64,000 nucleotides of DNA from the NCBI GenBank assembly GCA_016716185.1, contig JADJWV010000003.1:23759-87758 (forward strand), read 5' to 3'. The DNA comes from Saprospiraceae bacterium (GTDB taxonomy: Bacteria; Bacteroidota; Bacteroidia; Chitinophagales; Saprospiraceae). Shown one piece after another: positions 55,966-64,000 of the stretch. Position 1 is the stretch's first letter. The number at the start of each line of letters is the position of its first letter. A program made the position numbers and the translations under genes. Under the pieces are notes generated by a model. The model searched no databases, had not been told where the DNA came from, and was given only the letters and a program-made list of their open reading frames with translations.

Positions 55966-57540
55966 TTAGTTGTATGTTTTTATTTCAACCCCCAGCCATG
56001 GTTTCCTGGCTTTACTTTGCAAATATAAGTAACCAGAAGCTTCACATTCTACAAAAATACCCCGATAAGTATCCATCCATTTAAGTTGACTCGATGACTG
56101 GTAACTATTATGGCGATATATGGGATGATCGGAGTCTATTGAATTCCAACGAACCGATAAAAAAATCTCGCCACCACTAGAAAAGTCAGAGAATACTTTC
56201 AGACTTTTATCATGATAAATATTTAAAGTAATTTTATCACTCCCAAAATCCAACTGTAGCGTATCGGAGTTTACGACAACAGATTTACCGCCGGGGGCCG
56301 GTTCCCTGGAAATTTTCCATCCTTCACAAATGACAGAAGACTCCGGGACCATTTTCAGAGCACTGCGATCTCCTTTTACAATTTTCAAATTGTGTTTTGC
56401 AAACATCGAAAGTTTTTCATTTTTGGATTTTAAAACTTCCTGAAAAAATAATTCTGCTTTAACATCAGACAACAGTCCGTTTGCGATTCCCAGCAATAAT
56501 GCCATGGAAGGATTTTTTTGAAATTCGTTTTTTGATTTGATTAAAGCATTCATGTAAGTTAAGGCCTGCGGAGCTTCGCCGGATAACAACATGCAGCTGA
56601 TAAAATTGAAATAGGCCAAACTGTAATCGCTATTCAGGGTAATGGCCATCGTAAAATTTGTTTTGGCCATATTCAAATTATTCCTTCTCGCCAATCTCAT
56701 TTCCTGAGTTAAAGGTCCTCTGGCTTTTTTAAACTTTTTCAATCCGGTATTAAAATCAGGTTCCAGTAAATAAGCAAAGTAGTCTGAGTCCTCATCAAAT
56801 ATTTCCAATGCTTTCAATGCGTATACCCATCCCAAATTGTTATAAATCTCAGCTCCTTTATACACATCCAGAATTCTCTCGTAACATGCGGCTGCCAAAT
56901 CATAATATCCCTTAAGTGTAAGCACGTTTGCAACTTCAAAAAGCTGAAGAAACCCCAGCATTTTATGAACTAAAAATTTACTGCTATTGATGCGTTCAGA
57001 TTTTGAGGGATACTTCTCGTTTTCGGTTTCTGAAATTTGGTAAGATCCATAAATCTGTTTTAATAAGTGGCCCAGGATCTTCTCGGGATTATATCCTGCC
57101 AGAAAACTCAGAAATAATCCGTTGATGTCAGAAGTTAATTCATTCCCAAGTTTGGTCGTTTCAGATTTATGTGATTGAACGAAATAAGAAGGCAGCTGGG
57201 TGGTATCCCGGTCAAACATAGCATGGCTCAGTTCATGCGCAAGCACAAATGATAGTGCATCTGATGAATCTTCCTTGAACGATCTGCAAATATTCAAGAT
57301 CTCTTTTTCAATCTGAATTTCATGTTTGAGCGGTACGTATCTGGCAGCAAACACCTTTCCGGCTACAACTGCAATTCCGGGTTTAGGAATGCGCTTATTG
57401 GACAATGTCCCGTATAATTTATCCAAAACACTTTGGGACCAGGCATGTGGTTGGTTCTGTGCATTCAACCCTCCAGCTTCCCATGGCCACTGAAATATAG
57501 CCAAACATATAAAAACTCTGAAAATCGATTTCAGGTTCAT
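55966..57540 (-). CDS. Exported HExxH (putative zinc metallopeptidase-like) protein with TPR-like region
   Basis: Signal peptide. FVLAHELSHAMF, with HELSH at 57223-57237. The middle is helical-repeat (YYDLAAACYERILDVY, YSLAYFNFISCMLLSGEAPQAL). The C-terminal ~150 aa are beta-rich. Confidence 0.6.
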   Translation of the reverse strand: MNLKSIFRVFICLAIFQWPWEAGGLNAQNQPHAWSQSVLDKLYGTLSNKRIPKPGIAVVAGKVFAARYVPLKHEIQIEKEILNICRSFKEDSSDALSFVLAHELSHAMFDRDTTQLPSYFVQSHKSETTKLGNELTSDINGLFLSFLAGYNPEKILGHLLKQIYGSYQISETENEKYPSKSERINSSKFLVHKMLGFLQLFEVANVLTLKGYYDLAAACYERILDVYKGAEIYNNLGWVYALKALEIFDEDSDYFAYLLEPDFNTGLKKFKKARGPLTQEMRLARRNNLNMAKTNFTMAITLNSDYSLAYFNFISCMLLSGEAPQALTYMNALIKSKNEFQKNPSMALLLGIANGLLSDVKAELFFQEVLKSKNEKLSMFAKHNLKIVKGDRSALKMVPESSVICEGWKISREPAPGGKSVVVNSDTLQLDFGSDKITLNIYHDKSLKVFSDFSSGGEIFLSVRWNSIDSDHPIYRHNSYQSSSQLKWMDTYRGIFVECEASGYLYLQSKARKPWLGVEIKTYN

Positions 57541-57546
57541 GGGTAT

Positions 57547-58377
57547 TTATTTCATTTTATCAACCAGCACTTGTGCTTGCTGTGAAAAAGTAGATTCTTT
57601 GTCTTCGCTAACCCTTTTTAGCAAGGATTTCCATTCTGAGGTTTCATTTGAGGTTTTCATCAAGGCCAGAGCAAGATACCAACAGGAGGCGCTTTGAAGC
57701 TGTTGATTTTTAATTTCGCAGAGCGGTCTCAAAAGTGGTATGGCTTTTTCAGTTTCAGAAAGTGCCAGGTAATTCAATGCCTGATAATAGCTGCAAAGAT
57801 TGCCTATACCCTCTTCAAGGCTGCATCGACTGAAAAATTCAAGAGAAAGGCGATAGTTGCCATCCAAATAATTTTGTAAAGCCCATTGTATAGAATCCGC
57901 CGGCACACTGGAAGGGATGAATCCGGATGGATCGAGTTGTGAAATCACTAATTTGGTTGTCGATTCATCTGCATGGTAATATTCTGCAAACCACTGATCC
58001 CGTATATTTGAATTGCTGTTGAAAAACTTGATGAGAAATAAGGATGTTACAGTCAGGAATACGGTAGCCGCAATAGCATAGATTTTATTTGTTTTGATGA
58101 ATTGTATGATGCCTGGTTTTGAAATTGGCACATGCTGCTTAAAAAAATTCTGGTTTTCCAGTTCTATATCCACTTTAGATATTAAATTTTTCAGTTGCAT
58201 ATCTCCCCAGTGTTCTATTCCATTCATAATATTGCGGTAATTTTGAAGTTCTTGTGCTAATGCGACATCCTTTTGAATTCTGTTTTCAAAATCAGATTTT
58301 TCCACTGCTTCCATTTCCCCATTCAGGTAACGGATAATTTCTTCCTGCAGATCAAAATTTTCTATAGACGGTTCCAT
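57547..58377 (-). CDS. Putative anti-sigma factor (single-pass membrane protein with periplasmic TPR-like domain)
   Basis: Start overlaps the sigma-gene stop by 1 nt. The N-terminal ~60 aa are helical and cytoplasmic, followed by TM IYAIAATVFLTVTSLFLIKFF and a C-terminal helical-repeat domain. Confidence 0.6.
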   Translation of the reverse strand: MEPSIENFDLQEEIIRYLNGEMEAVEKSDFENRIQKDVALAQELQNYRNIMNGIEHWGDMQLKNLISKVDIELENQNFFKQHVPISKPGIIQFIKTNKIYAIAATVFLTVTSLFLIKFFNSNSNIRDQWFAEYYHADESTTKLVISQLDPSGFIPSSVPADSIQWALQNYLDGNYRLSLEFFSRCSLEEGIGNLCSYYQALNYLALSETEKAIPLLRPLCEIKNQQLQSASCWYLALALMKTSNETSEWKSLLKRVSEDKESTFSQQAQVLVDKMK

Positions 58378-58943
58378 TAAAAGGCGTTTTTAAGGTGGCG
58401 GTAATCAGGCGAATCCACGATGAGTTTTTTCAAACCCTGGAGGCATCTGTGTTTTTTTACTTTAATAAATTGTTCCGTATAACCCATTATGCTGGCCAAT
58501 TCAGAATTTGATTTCTTTTGATAAAATCCCTGATAAATGATCTGTTGGCATTCTTTTGAAATTTCTGAAAGCTTACCCGAGATCAATTCAAACAAGGTAT
58601 TTTTTTCTTCCGCTTGACTGGTTTCATCTTCCCTTTCATTGAAAATGACATCATCATATGAAACGGTGTGCTTTTCTTTGTGCACTTTTTTCAACCATAA
58701 ATTTCTTGCCATTCCCATAAGATAATACTTTTCATTTTGTATGGTTTCAAGTGTGCCGCTTTGCAGTATTTTTAAAAAATTCAAAGCAATCTCCTGAAAC
58801 AGATCCCTTGCATCCTCAGCTTGCCCACTGTTATTGCACACATATTGCAAGACATCCAAATAATACAGTTTGTACAATTCTTTAATCTTTGCTTCTATGA
58901 CTTCGGGGCCTGTTATCATTTCGTTATATATTGCTTTTTGCAC
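58377..58943 (-). CDS. ECF-type sigma-70 family factor (GTG start)
   Basis: Region 2-like DARDLFQEIALNFLK ... YLMGMARNLWLKK and region 4 HTH SNSELASIMGYTEQFIKVKKHRCLQGLKKL. Confidence 0.75.
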   Translation of the reverse strand: MQKAIYNEMITGPEVIEAKIKELYKLYYLDVLQYVCNNSGQAEDARDLFQEIALNFLKILQSGTLETIQNEKYYLMGMARNLWLKKVHKEKHTVSYDDVIFNEREDETSQAEEKNTLFELISGKLSEISKECQQIIYQGFYQKKSNSELASIMGYTEQFIKVKKHRCLQGLKKLIVDSPDYRHLKNAF

Positions 58944-59029
58944 GCTGGTGAATTTTAATTTTTTAAAAAATGCTTATTTATTCATATATCAAAATGCAAA
59001 ATATACCTTGTTTCTTGAAAATAATAAAA

Positions 59030-60580
59030 TTATTCACCCATTCTGTAGGCCAGGCCAAAATAGATACCGGTATCAAATTTCTTTTCAACAGGCAGGATTC
59101 CATCACCAATTATTACTGAATCTCCAACTTTCAATCCATTGGTCAATCGTTCAACTTTTGAGAACATGAATCCACCACTCAGCATGATTGTCTGCTTTCT
59201 ACCCAGATACAAACCGGGTCCGAAGAAGAATGCCAAGCCTTCAGTGCTCTCTGCGCTGGATAAAGGCAAGCCCATGCCAAAAGAAAGTGCAGGAGTCACC
59301 GCACCACCGGTAGTATAACTCAAATTGAAAAACGAACTCAACATCGGAGCATATCTGTCCTCATCTACCGCAGTGATCACATTGTCTTTTACAAAAAACC
59401 GCTGAGGTGTATTGCCATATCGGATTCCATTTACTCCAAATGAAGTACCCAGTTTGAATTCGCCATAGGTATCGACTTTTAATTTTATAGTTTTTACCGG
59501 TTTAAGTTCAGTCTCGTTCTCTACATTAAGGTCCGTACTGTCTTTTCTAAAAAGTTTTAAACTGTAAACCAGGTAACGACCTTCTGCAGTTGAGTTATGC
59601 GTATAAGCAAAATCATTATTCAGCAAGTCCATATACTTGACGAAATAAGTTTGAATATAAGGTGCATAATCATTGCTGGTTTGATTGCTTTCTCCGGCCA
59701 AATTTTCAGCTCCAAGACTGACTTCTAATCGCTGGACCAGGCTTTTTATCTGCGGTACATCGGTTTCATATTTTTGAAGAAGACCATATAAATCATCGAT
59801 ACCGTGATCGACCGATTTAAGTTTGGTTACAATTCTGCCAAGGTCTGAAATTTTTCCAACATAATTTTCCAGCCTTTTTCTGGCCAATTCGCGCAATGAA
59901 GGGATCTCTAACAAACGTTCGTTAAGTTGTTCGACATCTTTAACCTCAAATTTCTGCCCCTGCTCCAGAATAAATGCATCTTCAAAAACATCCATCACCA
60001 ATTCTTTAACCAGTGAAGGTGCCAACGAGGGTGTTTTACACAATTCGTTGATATAGTTAATATTGCCTTTTAAAGTCCGGGCTGCTTTTTCCCTTTTGTT
60101 GATATCTGTGATGAGCGTATTCATCGCTTCTGTTTCCAGCGCCAATTCATCGAGTTTTTCTTTAAACTCAACGACATCCTCCATGTCTCCTCTCGCATTT
60201 CCATCCGGATTGGCACCGGATACCGCTCCAAGCATTTTTCCAAAAATCGGCACATTCATAAAAGGCAACCCACCGCCTGGAAAAAAACTGTTCAGCAATT
60301 GCGGCATGAATCCGCGGAAACTACCGTTGTCGCTTCCATATTCGGCAGGCATCAACGCGTGATTAGTTGCATCGAATAAGGCTGAATAAATGTAATTGTT
60401 GAATTCAACCAGGTGAAAATGGACTTGCCGGTCTTTTCTGATTTTTAGTTCTTTGACCTGTTTTCCATCCTTCATATACCACAGACTGTCGTTATGGACG
60501 TCGTAATAAATATGCAAGTCCTGTGCCTGCAAAAAGTTGCAACTTAAAAATGCAAGTGCAATAAAAATGTGCTTGAACAT
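59030..60580 (-). CDS. Exported hypothetical protein: central coiled coil and C-terminal beta-barrel-like region
   Basis: Signal peptide MFKHIFIALAFLSCNFLQAQ. Heptad-rich middle. The last ~170 aa show alternating hydrophobic beta-strand patterns ending in YFGLAYRMGE. The start lies 1 nt after the caspase gene stop. Confidence 0.55.
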   Translation of the reverse strand: MFKHIFIALAFLSCNFLQAQDLHIYYDVHNDSLWYMKDGKQVKELKIRKDRQVHFHLVEFNNYIYSALFDATNHALMPAEYGSDNGSFRGFMPQLLNSFFPGGGLPFMNVPIFGKMLGAVSGANPDGNARGDMEDVVEFKEKLDELALETEAMNTLITDINKREKAARTLKGNINYINELCKTPSLAPSLVKELVMDVFEDAFILEQGQKFEVKDVEQLNERLLEIPSLRELARKRLENYVGKISDLGRIVTKLKSVDHGIDDLYGLLQKYETDVPQIKSLVQRLEVSLGAENLAGESNQTSNDYAPYIQTYFVKYMDLLNNDFAYTHNSTAEGRYLVYSLKLFRKDSTDLNVENETELKPVKTIKLKVDTYGEFKLGTSFGVNGIRYGNTPQRFFVKDNVITAVDEDRYAPMLSSFFNLSYTTGGAVTPALSFGMGLPLSSAESTEGLAFFFGPGLYLGRKQTIMLSGGFMFSKVERLTNGLKVGDSVIIGDGILPVEKKFDTGIYFGLAYRMGE

Positions 60581-60581
60581 A

Positions 60582-62609
60582 CTATTGATTTTCTGTAATG
60601 ATAAATGTGTCTGAATAAATATTGATATCTCCGGAAGGAAGGCTTAGTGCTTTCCCTCCCCGGGTTTGATATATTTCTTCGTCTTTGGTTTCCATGAAAA
60701 GTTTTTCAAACGGGCTTGTTTGTTTGAATCCTCTGGTACCCAAAGTTGATCTTAAATCAATCGGCTTGGTCGAGGCAATCAATTTGAACATTTCCTGTCC
60801 ATAGGGCGCCCCGATTTCAAAAGTCTGAGACATCAGGAGTTTCTGACCGGGCAGGATTCTCAATTCTTCTGGTTCAACAACATCGTTAGGGCCGGGAATC
60901 AATGGATTGATCAAATTGTCAGGTTGCAGATCAATCATATTAAAATAAGCAGGCTTGATTCCCTCGTTTTGAACCAAAATCCTGATCAGAGAACCCACTT
61001 TTAATTTCTTTGCCCCATCCTCACCAAAATTTAATGCAGGCAATTCATCAACGCTCATCCCTTCGCGAATACTATCTACAGGTACGATCTTAAAAGTAAC
61101 TTTAATCTCAGCCGCTTCCATCTCCATTTTTTTCATAAACTGTCCCTGAAGATATTGTCTCAATTTCTTGACCAATTTATTTCTGAAGATCACCGGTGTT
61201 TTCAAATCAGATGCGATGATGACACTATCGATGGGATAGCCATCGCTGGTGATGATTCTGAGCATTGCGCCAGGTTTAGTCTCTGGATATTCGAACCAGA
61301 TTTTTGCACCTTGCTGGTCGTGTTTGATGAACGGTTTATCAAGCAACCAGGATTTTAAATCCATTTCCAAATCCGATAAACCCATTTTGAATCCAATCGG
61401 AATAGTCAAATCGCCAAAACTTTGTTCGAGTACATAAACCCAAGCCAATTCTGATAAATTTTTTCCAAGGGCGCTGTCCAATGTAATTGTGGATTGCGTA
61501 GCAAAAGCTTTCGTCAGAGTTCCGGTAACCATTGGTGTTGCACTCAGGTAATCGCGGGTATCTGCAGGAAACAATCCTACGATTGCGCCTTTATTCAAAC
61601 CATGAAGCTGTCCGCCGTTGATGGTAATTTCATGGTCAGAAAGCACTTTAAGCACTCTAAAATAGCTGGCTTTCCCCAACATTTTTCCGTTGAAAACGTC
61701 CATATCGAGTTCGCCTTCTACCTGCGGTTGCTGCAAAGGTGCGATACGGCTCATTTCATTGCGAATTTTATCGAATAAAGCCCGGTAAGAACTTCCTTCT
61801 TTAACCTTGAAAATGGATTGTGTCAACGCATAGGATAACGAACCAAAACTTTGGCCTGCTTCATCTGTCATCTCGTAGTTTAATTGGTTTTGTGCAGAAC
61901 CAAAGAAAGAAACCATCGGTGCCAATGGTTTAACTCCTTCTCCTCCTCTTGATTTTGGTTTGATTTCGTTATTTTCTTTTGCTAATAATTTTTTGCCATT
62001 GTTTTTTAAGTAGTCCGGACTTGCCATAATGTCTGTGGTCCCTCTCGCTTGTGAAAAACCTCTGGTCCCTGTTCCTGAATGACAAGCATCCAGCACAACC
62101 AGAACATGGCCTGTCGGACCTACTTTTTCACGCAGATTCTCCATGGCCTGGCCAAGTTCTTCATCGCGGATAAGTTTTTCTCCTTCATTGACACCAGACT
62201 GGAATTTCTTAGGTGAATCGTAGGGTACGATGCACTCATCCAGGCCGTCAATTTCGTCACCATTTTGATCTGCAGCCTGCTGACCATGACCAGAGAATTG
62301 AAAATAGATGATATCACCCGGTCTTACCTTGTTGTAAAAATCCTGTGTAATGGTTTTGAGTATATTTTGTTTGTTGGCTTGTTCATCAGAAAGGATTAAT
62401 ATATTTTCCTTTTTGAATCCCTGATCCAGTAATGTCTTGGTAACCAAATCAATATCGTTCATTGAACTTAATGAATTCCAGCCTCCAGCTTCAGGATATT
62501 TGCCCACCCCGATCAACAAAGCCTTTTTGCGGTCTGCCTGTCCATAAGCCTGAGCCATCCAAAACAAGCCGGCCAATGATAAACATAAGATTTTGAAGCA
62601 GTTGTTCAT
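60582..62609 (-). CDS. Exported caspase-like (peptidase C14) protease with ~450-aa C-terminal extension
   Basis: Signal peptide. KKALLIGVGKYP, His108 in YFQFSGHGQ (62286-62288) and Cys176 in VLDACHSGTG (62082-62084). Confidence 0.8.
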   Translation of the reverse strand: MNNCFKILCLSLAGLFWMAQAYGQADRKKALLIGVGKYPEAGGWNSLSSMNDIDLVTKTLLDQGFKKENILILSDEQANKQNILKTITQDFYNKVRPGDIIYFQFSGHGQQAADQNGDEIDGLDECIVPYDSPKKFQSGVNEGEKLIRDEELGQAMENLREKVGPTGHVLVVLDACHSGTGTRGFSQARGTTDIMASPDYLKNNGKKLLAKENNEIKPKSRGGEGVKPLAPMVSFFGSAQNQLNYEMTDEAGQSFGSLSYALTQSIFKVKEGSSYRALFDKIRNEMSRIAPLQQPQVEGELDMDVFNGKMLGKASYFRVLKVLSDHEITINGGQLHGLNKGAIVGLFPADTRDYLSATPMVTGTLTKAFATQSTITLDSALGKNLSELAWVYVLEQSFGDLTIPIGFKMGLSDLEMDLKSWLLDKPFIKHDQQGAKIWFEYPETKPGAMLRIITSDGYPIDSVIIASDLKTPVIFRNKLVKKLRQYLQGQFMKKMEMEAAEIKVTFKIVPVDSIREGMSVDELPALNFGEDGAKKLKVGSLIRILVQNEGIKPAYFNMIDLQPDNLINPLIPGPNDVVEPEELRILPGQKLLMSQTFEIGAPYGQEMFKLIASTKPIDLRSTLGTRGFKQTSPFEKLFMETKDEEIYQTRGGKALSLPSGDINIYSDTFIITENQ

Positions 62610-62942
62610 GAGTCAAATATATATTAAAAGGTGAATTTGCCTTTCTGAATGATAGTTACTAGAATTCAAAAACGTTATCAGAATGCCTGATTAAACTTTT
62701 GGCTAAATTGAGGATAAGTAAAGGTACAAATGATCTCTATAATTTATAAATTGGGAGGATGCTTGATGAAAGCAATTCTGAAGCCAGGCGCTTGAAGCTC
62801 AAAGCCGAAAGCTCGAAGCTTTAAGAAGTGTCTCATAGCAAGGTCTAATTCACTTTAAAAACTTCAGCTCTTTTTCGGATATTTCCCCAAAATGTTTGAA
62901 GTTACTCATCCGATTTTCAAAAAATCAAAATATCAATCCACC

Positions 62943-64000
62943 TTATCCAAGCAGGTTTTCTGCGGCCTCTTCTCCGCTCACAATAGCGCCCTCCATAAAT
63001 CCCTGCCAGTCGGCAAGATGCTCTCCGGCAAAATGGACCTTCATAAATGGTTGTTTGAGCACAGGCATGATCCCGAACCATTGGTTTTTTCCATAGAAGG
63101 CATAAGCCCCTTTAGAAAATGAATCGGCTCCCCAATAATATTTCAGACTTTGCTTCAGGTACTTACGTACGTCTCCAAAAGCAGGTTTGAGGGCATCCAG
63201 GATGATGGATTCTCTTTGTTCGGCATTTACGGAATTTAATACTTCAGATTTTTCTCCGATGGCATAACAGATCAGAACTCCTTCGCGATGATCCTGATTT
63301 TTTGTGGCATGATAAAAATAATGGGCAGGTGTATCCGTCACCATATCAAAATCTTCCGCTTTCCAGAATCTTTCGGAAAACACCAGCGGATACTTTCCTA
63401 TACGGGCATATTGCAAAGCATTGATGGCATCGGTTTGAATAGCAGGCAGACCCGGTATCCATTTGATTTGCTGAATGGAAGCTGTTGGGAGCGTACAAAT
63501 AACAGCATCTGCTGTGAAAGATGTACCGTTATCACAATCGACACGAACACCCGTTTGTTTTTCCTGTGTAATCCGGATTGCTTTGTGCCGGAGTAAAATA
63601 TATTCAGCACCCACTTCATTACCGAGGGATTCTGCCAGCTTGCTGTTCCCTCCCCGGATTTTAAGATCCATTTCATTTTTCTCGCTACTCTCAGCATACT
63701 CGGCAAAAGCTGCGTAACACGATGTGTGTCTGATGCTTTCACCAAAATCCGTACTGTCCAGCAACTCTCTCAAAAACAGATCGCGTTCCTCAAACTTTTT
63801 ATTGGATAAATATCTCCACCAATCCATTTTGTCCAGCTTTTTCTTTTGTTGTGGGCTAAGTTCATTCCAGATTTCGGTTTTCTTATTCCAGAATTGATCG
63901 AATTCCTGGCTGAAACCCCATTTCCCGGCAGCCTGATAAGATCCATTCAAAGTTAGATGGCTTTCAAATTGGTTGTTTTGCAATTCAAGCCCAAATTGAT
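62943..64000 (-). CDS. Flavin-dependent amine oxidase (partial; N-terminus lies beyond the window edge)
   Basis: C-terminal FAGEHLADWQGFMEGAIVSGEEAAENLL is typical of the amine-oxidase/L-amino-acid-oxidase family. The reading frame stays open to position 64000 and the N-terminal GxGxxG is absent. Confidence 0.7.
   Translation of the reverse strand, partial: QFGLELQNNQFESHLTLNGSYQAAGKWGFSQEFDQFWNKKTEIWNELSPQQKKKLDKMDWWRYLSNKKFEERDLFLRELLDSTDFGESIRHTSCYAAFAEYAESSEKNEMDLKIRGGNSKLAESLGNEVGAEYILLRHKAIRITQEKQTGVRVDCDNGTSFTADAVICTLPTASIQQIKWIPGLPAIQTDAINALQYARIGKYPLVFSERFWKAEDFDMVTDTPAHYFYHATKNQDHREGVLICYAIGEKSEVLNSVNAEQRESIILDALKPAFGDVRKYLKQSLKYYWGADSFSKGAYAFYGKNQWFGIMPVLKQPFMKVHFAGEHLADWQGFMEGAIVSGEEAAENLLG

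Noticed and set aside
1-64000. Prophage, integrative element, transposon or toxin-antitoxin content
   Set aside because: No integrase, transposase, recombinase, phage structural or typical TA translations were seen in any frame. The repeats found are short non-coding elements without associated enzymes.

Overview
This 64-kb window looks like chromosomal DNA from a member of the Bacteroidota. The evidence is several secreted proteins with T9SS type-A C-terminal sorting domains, one giant adhesin with the gliding-motility/CHU_C (T9SS type-B) C-terminal domain, and a Rho factor carrying the long N-terminal insertion typical of this phylum. A finer taxonomic call is not possible from the sequence alone.

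About half of the window is housekeeping: galK, lysA, rpmH-rnpA, rho, serS, frr, aroA, an AAG-type DNA glycosylase, a beta-carbonic anhydrase, a thiolase, a NuoE/F-like flavoprotein and a large FAD/Fe-S oxidase. I found no rRNA, tRNA, CRISPR array, transposase, integrase or phage gene.

The strongest candidate for an undescribed system lies at 46.3-62.6 kb. Three signal-peptide-bearing caspase-fold proteins sit there: one TPR-CHAT and two peptidase-C14-like, each with a readable His/Cys dyad. One of them heads a tightly packed seven-gene minus-strand cluster (53669-62609). That cluster also encodes a coiled-coil protein with a barrel-like C-terminus, an ECF sigma/anti-sigma pair, an exported HExxH + TPR protein, a CHASE2 sensor with no output domain, and an exported 308-aa protein. 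Every non-sigma component is predicted to be exported or membrane-anchored. I read this as a possible envelope-located caspase-like protease signalling or conflict module.

A second theme is non-coding DNA. Several intergenic regions at gene 3' ends are packed with 7/8/14/16-bp word tandem arrays, a recurring ACTAAC-N4-GTTAGT palindrome, a roughly 55-nt hairpin element (4 copies) and a clustered CACCCCTACGGGGCTGGA unit.

Four genes are interrupted by single-base frameshifts that all fall in homopolymer runs. The simplest explanation is homopolymer sequencing error. All domain calls come from reading motifs in the translations; no database search was run.
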